Position numbers and translations under genes: made by a program. Source: an uncultured bacterium (GTDB lineage Bacteria > Patescibacteriota > Minisyncoccia > Phycocordibacterales > UBA9973). Taken from it: DNA of 64,000 bases. The DNA is taken from NCBI GenBank assembly GCA_937903035.1, contig CALCZP010000004.1, positions 181,506 through 245,505 of the forward strand, in the 5' to 3' direction. The notes under the pieces are model-generated. The model ran no database searches and had not been told where the DNA came from. It saw nothing but the letters and a program-made list of their open reading frames with translations. This document shows, one piece after another, positions 8,381-17,613 of this stretch (its first letter is position 1; each line of letters opens with the position of its first letter).

Positions 8381-11118
8381 ACATTCTCCTTTCGTACAGC
8401 AAAACACACTTTGATCCCAGCAAGCCTGCTGAACTCCATAAGCACTGGAACTCATCGGCAAGCATTCTCGCGCGCACACTCTACCACCTTCTCAAAGAGC
8501 TAGGCTCAGTAACCTATATCGACAAAAGTGAATACAAGGGTATTACCGGTCAGTCATTTGATCTCTTTGTTGGTATTACCGAACATTTTAGTGACATTCT
8601 TGATTCGTGCACCATCAAACAAAGCATTCTCTTTGCAGTAAACATGCACCCATATGAGCGCAATAAGCGTATTAAGTCATTTATGAGTCATGCACATATC
8701 CCACAAACAGCACTCGCTGGATATGAGCTTATCGAAAGCATCAATCCAACAAGTGCGATCAATCGTGCTAACTACATTCTCTGTGTTGGCAATACGGAGA
8801 CATATAACTCGTACATCACCCATGGTGTATCAAAGCAAAAAATCAAAATCATCAACTATGCCGCAGCTGACCTCATAGCACAATCCCCACTTGCGCGAAC
8901 AGCAGCAGCTCACTTTGTTCATGTCGGAAGCGAGATAGGAATACGGAAAGGATTTGATATTGTTGCCCAATTATTCAGCGACCCAAAAGTGGCCACGCAG
9001 GATATTCACCTTGATATCATTGGTACAACCACCTCCCCCTTTTACGAACAAAAACTTGCTGATCTGAAAACACTGCTCGGAGATAAGCTGACGTACCACG
9101 GATGGATTAATTCCAACGATGAACGTTACGCCAATATCATTGCACGAAGTGATTTTCTGGTATATCCCGCACTCGAGGAAGGTCAGGCAGGCTCAGTACT
9201 TGAGTCTCTCACGCTTGGAGTTATACCGATTGTGAGCAAAGCAACGGGTATTGATTTTTCACCACTTGGAACACTTGAAACAAGAATCTCGTCAGAAAAA
9301 AATATGTCAGTCTTGCAACATGCGATTTCATTACCCAAAGATGACATTGAAAAATTGAAACTAAAAACAAAAGAATACTACAACGAGCTCCATACTCCGT
9401 TCAAAGAACAACTCCGTCGCTCACTCAAAGATTCTATCAACAAAGAACTCTACCCGCGCGCAAGCATCGTACTTTCAATCTTTAACAAAGAAAAGACTAT
9501 TGTGTCTCTTCTAGAGCACCTCACCAAATCTTGTACTGCATACGGCAATACCGAAATCCAGATTATTTTTGATGGATGCAAGGATAAGAGCGAACACCTT
9601 GTGCGAGCATTTTTTGCAACCAGACCAGAGCATGATGTCACCTTTCATGTCACTGATAATATTTGGGAAGTAAAAAGTAACAATCTTGGTCTTCGATCAA
9701 GCACTGGTAGGTACGCAATCATTATCCAGGATGACAATTTTATCTACGATGAGAATTTTATTTTTGAAGTCGTTCACTTCTTTGAGAAAAATCCTACGGT
9801 CACAATTATTGGGGGGCTTGCGGGGGTAAACTTCTACCCACGAGGAACGACACTTTCACAGGGCCCAGGGCAACGGACATCAACCGCAGACGAAGCGTAC
9901 TGGCGACAAGATGCGGCAACAGACCCCGCGCTTAAAGAGCAGATTACAGAAGTTGATGCATGCATGCGTGGCCCCCTTTGTTTTCGAAAATCATTCCTTG
10001 AAACATATGGATATCTAGATGAAGTGTATGCCCCCCTTTATAATGATGATATGGATATTTGTTTTCGAGCAAAATCCCAGGGGTACAAAGTCTATACGAT
10101 ACTCCTTGATGTCGAAAACAGAAATGGTACGGTTGCAGGGTATGATGCAAAGAAAGCGGCTTTTTTCCAAAAGATGATCACTCGAAACTCGGATATTTTT
10201 TATCGAAGATGGAAACCGTCAACCACCAAAGACTATCTTCGCATCGTACGAATTCCTATTACAAAAACTTCCCGCAAACACTCTCTACATCCATACCTCT
10301 CTAGTATCAAAAAGCCATTCACAATCACCTCTCTCATTATGAAAAAAATCTACACCATGCTCAAAAAGAATATTACACAAGAAGGAATTGTAGGAGGTAT
10401 ACGCAAGACGTGCAGTGTGGCTATTCGCAAAACTGTCAGATATTGGCAGCATCTCCCCCACTACGTCATGCGTTTTGCGCGATTCGTTTATAGTAGTACT
10501 GAAGATAAAGAATACATCGAGCGAGAAAAACGTGAACGTCCATGGTACCAAATCAACGGTGATGAAACATTGCGAGTTGAGTATGACCTTGATCCTTCAT
10601 CTGTGGTTGTTGATGTGGGTGGATACAAAGGCGATTGGGCAAGTATTATCTCAAACAAATACAATCCAACCATTCATGTGTTTGAACCAGTCAGAGACTT
10701 TGCATTCAATATCAAACGTCGTTTCAAAAACCATGACAAGATCATTGTTCATGAAGCAGGACTTGGAGCAAAAGATGAAACTATTACCATTTATCTCGCT
10801 GAGGGCGGTACCTCTCTCATCAAGGAAGCGGCACAAGAAGTCGATGTCACCATCAAAGATGTCCATGCATTTATGACAGAACTAGGAACTCCTGTTGATC
10901 TGATGAAGATCAACATCGAGGGTGCAGAGTATGACTTGCTCAATCGCCTCATTGATACTGGTGATATCAAGAAGATCAACAACATTCAGGTACAATTTCA
11001 CAACTTTGTCCCCGATGCCAAAAAGCGTATGGAGGAACTTCGCACCAAGCTTTCCAAGACTCACCATGTTACTTATCAATATGAATTCATTTGGGAAAAT
11101 TGGGAGCGCACCATCTAA
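8365..11118 (+). CDS. Three-domain glycosyltransferase/methyltransferase: GT4-like (Glycos_transf_1), GT2, and a C-terminal FkbM-family SAM methyltransferase
   Basis: 917 aa. The N-terminal third has the GT1/4 signature EEGQAGSVLESLTLGVIPIVS. The middle has a GT2 fold (SIVLSIFNKEKTIV...IIIQDDNFI, a DxD). The C-terminus reads VVDVGGYKGDWA...MKINIEGAEYDLL, typical of FkbM methyltransferases. Confidence 0.75.
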   Translation: MELPMNILLSYSKTHFDPSKPAELHKHWNSSASILARTLYHLLKELGSVTYIDKSEYKGITGQSFDLFVGITEHFSDILDSCTIKQSILFAVNMHPYERNKRIKSFMSHAHIPQTALAGYELIESINPTSAINRANYILCVGNTETYNSYITHGVSKQKIKIINYAAADLIAQSPLARTAAAHFVHVGSEIGIRKGFDIVAQLFSDPKVATQDIHLDIIGTTTSPFYEQKLADLKTLLGDKLTYHGWINSNDERYANIIARSDFLVYPALEEGQAGSVLESLTLGVIPIVSKATGIDFSPLGTLETRISSEKNMSVLQHAISLPKDDIEKLKLKTKEYYNELHTPFKEQLRRSLKDSINKELYPRASIVLSIFNKEKTIVSLLEHLTKSCTAYGNTEIQIIFDGCKDKSEHLVRAFFATRPEHDVTFHVTDNIWEVKSNNLGLRSSTGRYAIIIQDDNFIYDENFIFEVVHFFEKNPTVTIIGGLAGVNFYPRGTTLSQGPGQRTSTADEAYWRQDAATDPALKEQITEVDACMRGPLCFRKSFLETYGYLDEVYAPLYNDDMDICFRAKSQGYKVYTILLDVENRNGTVAGYDAKKAAFFQKMITRNSDIFYRRWKPSTTKDYLRIVRIPITKTSRKHSLHPYLSSIKKPFTITSLIMKKIYTMLKKNITQEGIVGGIRKTCSVAIRKTVRYWQHLPHYVMRFARFVYSSTEDKEYIEREKRERPWYQINGDETLRVEYDLDPSSVVVDVGGYKGDWASIISNKYNPTIHVFEPVRDFAFNIKRRFKNHDKIIVHEAGLGAKDETITIYLAEGGTSLIKEAAQEVDVTIKDVHAFMTELGTPVDLMKINIEGAEYDLLNRLIDTGDIKKINNIQVQFHNFVPDAKKRMEELRTKLSKTHHVTYQYEFIWENWERTI

Positions 11119-11123
11119 TACTA

Positions 11124-11980
11124 TGAGACCCTCAATTGATGTCATTATCCCGCTCTATAACGGCGCAGCATTTATTGCTACAGCGATTGAGTCAGTTATT
11201 GCGCAAACCTACTCACCTACTCATATCATTATTATTAACGATGGATCGACCGATAAAGGACCCGAAATTGCAACTTCATACCAGACAAAGACATCAATCC
11301 CTCTTGTCATTATCAATCAGGAAAACAAAGGTCTCAGCGCCGCGCGCAATACAGGTATCAATACAGCAACCAGTGAGTACATCGCTTTTCTTGATGCAGA
11401 TGATGTATGGATCCCAGAGAAGCTTCAAAAACAAATAGGAGTATTCAATAAAAGCGATATCTCAAACCTCGGACTCGTGTATTGCTTGTATAACATTATC
11501 AATGCACAAGGACAGATTGACCCGCACGGCTTTGTCGTCCCACTCGACACATCAATCCGAGGTGCAGTGTTTAGCAAACTCCTCAAGGGCAACAAAATCC
11601 TCTCAAGTGGTAGTGGCGTATTGATTAAACGAACCGTATTTGAAACAGTCGGACAATTCAATGAAACACTTCGTTTTGGTGAAGACTGGGACATGTGGCT
11701 CCGTATCGCAGAACAATACGGAGTCGACTATAGCGATACAGTACTCGTTCATATCAGAAGGCACGGACAAAACATGACCACATCAAAGAAACGAGTGTTT
11801 CAGGGCGAGATTGCGTTTTATCGTGTATGGCTCCGTTATATGATCAACCACAACCGACGAGTACCGTTGAGATGGAAGCTGAAAATCATCTACAAAATAC
11901 TCACACTGTTTCCTCCTGTATCACTTATCAAACAGGCATTACCAGTGCTTTTTGTACCACGCAATACCTTTGGTAAGTAG
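11124..11980 (+). CDS. Family 2 glycosyltransferase
   Basis: Start trimmed to the ATG at 11124 (MRPSIDVIIPLYNGAAFIATAIESV...IINDGSTDKG...AFLDADDVW). GT2 fold with a DxD motif. Confidence 0.85.
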
Positions 11981-12784
11981 GAGTCGGAGTGGTGTACGCA
12001 ATACAAACCCATACATAAAGATACGAGCGTACGATCTCATAACTGCAGACCAGTATCCTGGGTATTGTGCTTTATATTTTTTAATAAGAGGAATGTTTTG
12101 AGAGAACTGAAGCTTTTTATTCCTTCCACTCAAGCTCCCGGCACGAAGAGTAAAATGAACAGAATATATCGAAAGATTTGCAAGCTCACCTACCATTCCA
12201 AGCTTGAGCCACAGATCGTAGTCCTCTATATGAAGCGAAGCCGGATCTTCATCATATCCTCCGACAGAGAGTACTGCATCTTTTCGAAAGACAACACTCG
12301 AATGAACAAAGCAATTCTTGCCAAGGAGCACTGATCGTATATGTGCATCTGTCTGAGGAACCAAATACCGAAACAACTCTTTTCCTACCTCATCAATCAT
12401 CACCACACCCGTGCCAACAAGAACAGTGTTTGGATGAAGTACCATATATGACACTTGTTTGGCGAGCTTCTCTGTATCAATCCATCGATCATCATCGTCG
12501 ATCCGGGCAATGAGATCACCCTGCGCAATACGAAGTCCTTTGTTCAACGTCTTTTGAATACCAAGATTTTTCTCGTTTTCAATAAAGTGGATTTTTGCAT
12601 CATGTTTCATAATTTCTGCCACGATCTCCTTAGTAGTGTCAGATGATCCATCACTGATAATGATCAATTCCCAGTTGTGGTACGTTTGCACCTGGACGCT
12701 TTCAATTGCACCTTTGATAAATGCAGCACCATTCCACGTAGGGAGAATAATAGAAACAAGCGGTGTACTCATATACGTATCCAT
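11939..12784 (-). CDS. Family 2 glycosyltransferase
   Basis: VSIILPTWNGAAFIKGAIESVQVQTYHNWELIIISDGSSD...RIDDDDRW. GT2 fold with a DxD motif. It overlaps the convergent GT2 gene by about 40 bp at the 3' ends. Confidence 0.85.
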   Translation of the reverse strand: MDTYMSTPLVSIILPTWNGAAFIKGAIESVQVQTYHNWELIIISDGSSDTTKEIVAEIMKHDAKIHFIENEKNLGIQKTLNKGLRIAQGDLIARIDDDDRWIDTEKLAKQVSYMVLHPNTVLVGTGVVMIDEVGKELFRYLVPQTDAHIRSVLLGKNCFVHSSVVFRKDAVLSVGGYDEDPASLHIEDYDLWLKLGMVGELANLSIYSVHFTLRAGSLSGRNKKLQFSQNIPLIKKYKAQYPGYWSAVMRSYARIFMYGFVLRTPLRLLLTKGIAWYKKHW

Positions 12785-13644
12785 TCTGGTGGAATAAGAC
12801 CACTCGTATCAATCGATGTATCGTTAAACCATTTTTGTGGTGCGACGACTATCTTATTAGTTGCTGTACCGAGCCATGCCGCCCACCATGAAAACGTACT
12901 GTTTGGAATAATAAAGTGCGTGCATGATTGCATCAGCGCAAAGTGCCCACTCTCGCGCTCACCTCGATAGATATCATCAACAAACGTTGCAGGGTGAAGA
13001 AATGCCAAGTTATTCTTGCACCACTCTATATCATCAGAAAACACATAGATATGATCAATAGTCGTCTTTGCTTCAAGAACATCAAGCGCCTGGTAGTAGT
13101 AGTCCTTGAACACGACTTCGTGATGGGTATTCCCGACATAATCCCCTCGTCTAACATGAAGACATACTGATGAATGATGCGACTGTACTTCTGTTTTAAC
13201 ACGCTGTATATGTGCCTGCAGTGGTTGTTGCAGGGTCAAGTCTTTTCGTATAGTGTCCGCAATAGACTCAAAGTATTTGTAGCTCTGCCAATAACCATCC
13301 AGATAGGTATCAGAACCGAGCGTAAGTATATCGGGATTGAAAGCGAATCCCTTTTCTTTTCCCCCAAACAGCATTCGTCGCAATTTGTTTAGATACAGCC
13401 CAAACTTACCCGATCCCCATGAGCGATACTTCCACCCTAGTTTAGATTGTGGAACTATTTCAGCAGCTATATTAAACAGATCGAGATCATACTCGCGAAA
13501 CGTAAATCCTTTGCGAGGAGTTCGATCAAGCAGATCATGTGTATCAAGTCCGAGTGTTGTATTATTTTTAACAGCAAGAGCGCGTCCAGCCGCATACTGA
13601 AACATCTGGTTACCCATTCCCCCTGAAAGTCGTGTGATGATCAT
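12769..13644 (-). CDS. Alpha-1,2-fucosyltransferase (GT11 family)
   Basis: Start at the internal ATG (MIITRLSGGMGNQMFQYAAGRALA). The GG(L/M)GNQMFQYA motif is diagnostic of GT11 FutC/WbgL-type enzymes. Confidence 0.8.
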   Translation of the reverse strand: MIITRLSGGMGNQMFQYAAGRALAVKNNTTLGLDTHDLLDRTPRKGFTFREYDLDLFNIAAEIVPQSKLGWKYRSWGSGKFGLYLNKLRRMLFGGKEKGFAFNPDILTLGSDTYLDGYWQSYKYFESIADTIRKDLTLQQPLQAHIQRVKTEVQSHHSSVCLHVRRGDYVGNTHHEVVFKDYYYQALDVLEAKTTIDHIYVFSDDIEWCKNNLAFLHPATFVDDIYRGERESGHFALMQSCTHFIIPNSTFSWWAAWLGTATNKIVVAPQKWFNDTSIDTSGLIPPEWIRI

Positions 13645-13645
13645 A

Positions 13646-15640
13646 TTATTTTTGGGACGTCCATCGTTCTTGCATCGCCAGAACATATGCACGATCTCGC
13701 GGAGACGCAGTTTGCATTATTTTTTCAGTGGTTCGATACCCTGGCTGATATTGTGGAGCAAGTGCAATACCAGCCCTGAGATACTGCCATGCATGACGAT
13801 AATCCTTTTCAAACAGATATGTCTGCGCGATATCGAAATATAGATTTGCATTCCTACTGTTTATCAAGCGTGCATCCTGAAGTCGTCCACGAGCATCCGC
13901 AAGCACTAGAGGATCTGGATTCCCTGCAAGTACGACACTGAGTGTCTTGAGTTGACCACTCACCCACCGAGCTCGAAATGTGTCTACATCAGTTGCAATA
14001 TCTTCATCAAGATTAGCAATAAGATTATTAACAATAATCAAGTGAGATTTTTTTTGATCATCATTCATTACTCCTAGCTTGCTTCGTATACTATCAAAAA
14101 CTTTTCCTGCAAAAAGAGCTGAGTCACTTGCGTATCCAAGAGATGAAATATGCTGAGGGTTTTTTTGATTAGATAGAATCAACATATCTCTTTTGGAGTA
14201 TTTATTCCATGCAACTGATTCTTGCCATGGCTGTACAAATGCAATCACCACAAAAATCAAACCTGCAAGAATTCCGCTAAAAGAAAGTATCTTATCTGGG
14301 AATGGGAATACTAAAGAATACTTATGAGAAACTATTCTCTGATACATACCGATAGTAGCGCCGACAATAACAAAAAAAATTAACAGTGTTCCAGGACTTT
14401 CAAATATAAAAAGATTTTGAATCACATATCCCACAAATGCACCAAGCATGGCAATAGCAACTATTCTATGTTCACGATCTCTTGTTGAAACTTGGTAGAG
14501 ATAAACAATTACCATACCAAGAAGACTTATATAAGCGAGCAGGCCTACAATACCCCCATTTACCAAATATTCCCAAAACATATTATGAGGATGATCAGTC
14601 CAAGGTTCATATGCATTAGTAGTTGAGAAAAATACTGGATCAAAATGTTTTTGGAAAACGTATGAATAATTATTAGCTCCCCATCCAAGGAAAGGTTTTT
14701 CAAGATACCCCTCTCTTGCTATATCCCAAAATATAAAACGGTTGGTATTTTTTTCTTGTACGTACGCCTGATGCAGTCGAGTGTTCGGATCAAAAAACTG
14801 CTTTCCGATCAGTAATCCGATTATGCCACCTACGAACAGTAATCCCATACCTCCATATTGCAACTTTTTTTTCTTTGCCGTGACTAAAAAAAATACACAC
14901 ATAGTACTCACTGCTGTCACCAGCCCCAAAAATGCTCCATCAGCAGATCCAGCGACGAGACTCGGATTTTGCATAATATCTTTAAATCCAATACTTCCAT
15001 TCAAAAGATCGTTGTTAAAAAAAATAGGTGAAAAAACAATCGGTACCACCCCGAGAGTAGTCAACACTTTATACATACTATCCTTTGATGAAAGGATAAG
15101 ATACAGACCAAAACAAACATGTACTAATAAATATGCCCCCACATATGAAGTGTTCCCAAATGTTGATCCACCATTTGAACTAATAAACATACTGTTTAGA
15201 TAAGTTCCACTAGCAACTACAATACTCGTGCAAAAAGATACAAGAATCATGCCACGCAAAAATGACACATCTTCTCTAATACAACGAGCGATAGCAAGCG
15301 CAACTATTGTAAGTGCAATGATAAGGTTGACTCCCACACCATCAACAAGACTTCCAAAAAACGAAAGTTTAGGGTCAAATCCGGCAAATGCACTCAATAC
15401 AAGTGTTACGAGATACACCAAAAGCATCAAATGAAGTGCTGTGACTTGTACTGTCTTTCGACTATTTACATACCGGTCATAGAACAACAGCATCCCGATC
15501 AGTAATCCTACCCCTGTAGAAATTAATGCTTTTGGTGTTGTATAAGGAAAAAAATGGCTGCTTCCTACATATAAAGGAACAATAACGAGCATACCGTATA
15601 TCATCCATTTTACAGTAAGCAGTGGCCAAGTAATTTTCAT
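13646..15640 (-). CDS. O-antigen ligase/polymerase family membrane protein (Wzy_C domain; WaaL/WsaB/PglL-like) with a C-terminal soluble TPR-like tail
   Basis: About 10-12 TM helices. The conserved loop reads WTDHPHNMFWEYLVNGGIVGLLAY. The C-terminal roughly 190 aa is soluble. The ORF-track start at 15667 is TTG, so I chose the ATG at 15640. Confidence 0.65.
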   Translation of the reverse strand: MKITWPLLTVKWMIYGMLVIVPLYVGSSHFFPYTTPKALISTGVGLLIGMLLFYDRYVNSRKTVQVTALHLMLLVYLVTLVLSAFAGFDPKLSFFGSLVDGVGVNLIIALTIVALAIARCIREDVSFLRGMILVSFCTSIVVASGTYLNSMFISSNGGSTFGNTSYVGAYLLVHVCFGLYLILSSKDSMYKVLTTLGVVPIVFSPIFFNNDLLNGSIGFKDIMQNPSLVAGSADGAFLGLVTAVSTMCVFFLVTAKKKKLQYGGMGLLFVGGIIGLLIGKQFFDPNTRLHQAYVQEKNTNRFIFWDIAREGYLEKPFLGWGANNYSYVFQKHFDPVFFSTTNAYEPWTDHPHNMFWEYLVNGGIVGLLAYISLLGMVIVYLYQVSTRDREHRIVAIAMLGAFVGYVIQNLFIFESPGTLLIFFVIVGATIGMYQRIVSHKYSLVFPFPDKILSFSGILAGLIFVVIAFVQPWQESVAWNKYSKRDMLILSNQKNPQHISSLGYASDSALFAGKVFDSIRSKLGVMNDDQKKSHLIIVNNLIANLDEDIATDVDTFRARWVSGQLKTLSVVLAGNPDPLVLADARGRLQDARLINSRNANLYFDIAQTYLFEKDYRHAWQYLRAGIALAPQYQPGYRTTEKIMQTASPRDRAYVLAMQERWTSQK

Positions 15641-15670
15641 GAGGCAATTGTAGCAAATACTACCCAAAAC

Positions 15671-15696
15671 AAAAAACCGCCCGAAGGCGGTTTTTT
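15671..15696. terminator. Strong bidirectional intrinsic terminator after the surface-protein gene
   Basis: AAAAAACCGCCCGAAGGCGGTTTTTT, a perfect stem with A6/T6 flanks. Confidence 0.7.
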
Positions 15697-15720
15697 GCGT
15701 ACGTATCTAAGTCAGGAGTA

Positions 15721-17613
15721 TTAGTCGAGCTTAGCGTCAGCTGTTTCGTAGTTCTGCGCCGGAGCGAGAGTGTATGAAGCAGGAGTACCTGACTGGTCAG
15801 TGTCATAACGAACTGCACCGAGTTGTACACGGTAGAATCCAGCAGTAGCTGAACCCTTTGTGAGTTCGAGAGTAACATTGAAGGTCTTAGTTTCACCATC
15901 AGCAACCTTGTAGTAGCCACCAACAGTGTCAGCACTTGAAGTAAGTGATGAAGCTGAAGCAGTTACAGAAGTATCGGTAGCACCAGCACTGGTTTCTACA
16001 GAGTAGATGAGACCAGCTGTTGAACCAGATGAAGCTACAGTCTTAGGAATGTAGTAGTCATTACCGAATGCAGTTACTTTGTAAGAAACTGTGTAAGTCT
16101 GCTTACTGAAGGTACCAGAAGTGTTTGAAGTTGCAGAAACACTTGAAGTGAATCCTGAAACCATAACGCCCTCTGAGTAGAATGTCTGAGTTTCACCAGT
16201 TACAGAACCAGTGAGATCACCAACAGAAAGGTTGTCACCATTCTCATCCTCAAAGCCAACAGCATTGCGCTCGTTTGAGCCAAATGTTACTGAAGCTGAG
16301 TCACCTTCGGTGAAGTTAACACCGTCGATTTCTTTGATCTTTGCTACAACCTTGAATGTTTCAACGTCGCCTTCACTGATAGTGAAGTCATCATCGAAGT
16401 CGAAGGTTACAGTACCAGAAGTACTTGAAGGAGCATCCTGACTGTCAATCTCTTCTGAGCCGTTCATAAGAGCGAGCTCATCAAAGATCTGAGTACCGTT
16501 AGCACCAGTAGTGTTTACCTGAACTGGGAGAGAATCAAAAGTAATATCTGATCCTTCTGCCTTGATCTTGAACTCAAGCATAGTAATACCTGAAGTTGCA
16601 CTAGTGTCAGATACTTCTACGTTCTGAGCTTCTGGGTTGTTTGAACCTTCAGTTACCTTAACCTTAACATCACCTGATGCTGAAAGGTCAGTGAAAGTGA
16701 AGTCTTCATCTGGAGCAGAAGTATCAGTCAATACAGCACCACCAGCGTCAGTGAAGCGGATTGTTGAAACTTCAACGTTCCAAGTAGCAGTAAGGTCAGT
16801 ACTATCGATGTTATCAATAGCATCAACTGCAACGTAAAGGTTTGCCTTTTCGTCAGCCTTGATTACAGCACCAGAGAGAGAAACACTCTTTGAGTAGACA
16901 TCTCCATCCTTGTTGAAATCATCAACACTTACTGAACCAACTTTCTTTGAACCGAGCCATACTGACACAGTGTCAACGTAACGGTTCAAGCGAGCTGAAG
17001 AAGAGTTGTTAGCAGTGTTTTCAAATGAAAGCTTCACGTTAGTGAGTGCTACATCTGAACCATTGTCAGCCTCAACCTTTGCACCGAGAACGATGTGGGT
17101 AGAGTCACCTTCTTTAACTTCACTGTCGCCTACACCATTTGAGGTAGAAGTAACAGTAATGTCACCTGCACCACCGGTAAGAGGGCCACTAGTTGAACCA
17201 CCAGAACAAAGAGCACCAGTAGTTGAACTGTACATAGCACCAGCTACGCAGCCAGCAGGAAGATTAGATCCACCTGTTGAACCAGAAGCCTGAAGTGCTA
17301 CAGCCTTAGCAGCTGACATTGGTCCGAAGACGCCGTCAGCAGTGAGACCGTTAGCAACCTGGAAGCGCATAACCGCTGCCTTTGTTGCAGAACCAAATGT
17401 TGATGTTTCCATTCCTGGAGCACCTGCACCTGATGTTGATACCTGAGTACCAGGCCACATGTTAAGGAACTTTTGGAGATCCATAACAGCAGCACCTTTA
17501 GAACCATATTTGAGAGTCGTTGACCAAGTGTAAGTTGCTGCACTTGCAGTTGATGCAAGAGTAACTACACCGAGAACCAACGCTGCTACAAAAAATTTAA
17601 ATTTTGAAGTCAT
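15721..17613 (-). CDS. Secreted surface protein: signal peptide, peptidoglycan-binding (PG_binding_1-like) domain, long Ser/Thr/Gly-rich beta-rich region; putative S-layer/cell-wall glycoprotein
   Basis: 630 aa. MTSKFKFFVAALVLGVVTLASTASA is a signal peptide. GSKGAAVMDLQKFLN...ATKAAVMRFQVANGLTADGVFGPMSAAKA matches the PG-binding repeat. The rest is S/T/G/V-rich. The gene is isolated by strong terminators and has a long upstream untranslated region. Confidence 0.65.
   Translation of the reverse strand: MTSKFKFFVAALVLGVVTLASTASAATYTWSTTLKYGSKGAAVMDLQKFLNMWPGTQVSTSGAGAPGMETSTFGSATKAAVMRFQVANGLTADGVFGPMSAAKAVALQASGSTGGSNLPAGCVAGAMYSSTTGALCSGGSTSGPLTGGAGDITVTSTSNGVGDSEVKEGDSTHIVLGAKVEADNGSDVALTNVKLSFENTANNSSSARLNRYVDTVSVWLGSKKVGSVSVDDFNKDGDVYSKSVSLSGAVIKADEKANLYVAVDAIDNIDSTDLTATWNVEVSTIRFTDAGGAVLTDTSAPDEDFTFTDLSASGDVKVKVTEGSNNPEAQNVEVSDTSATSGITMLEFKIKAEGSDITFDSLPVQVNTTGANGTQIFDELALMNGSEEIDSQDAPSSTSGTVTFDFDDDFTISEGDVETFKVVAKIKEIDGVNFTEGDSASVTFGSNERNAVGFEDENGDNLSVGDLTGSVTGETQTFYSEGVMVSGFTSSVSATSNTSGTFSKQTYTVSYKVTAFGNDYYIPKTVASSGSTAGLIYSVETSAGATDTSVTASASSLTSSADTVGGYYKVADGETKTFNVTLELTKGSATAGFYRVQLGAVRYDTDQSGTPASYTLAPAQNYETADAKLD

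Noticed and set aside
10922-11123. N-terminal extension of the GT2 ORF starting inside the preceding 917-aa gene
   Set aside because: The extension overlaps the FkbM methyltransferase coding frame. A clean ATG at 11124 (MRPSIDVIIPLYNG) immediately after the upstream stop gives a canonical GT2 N-terminus.
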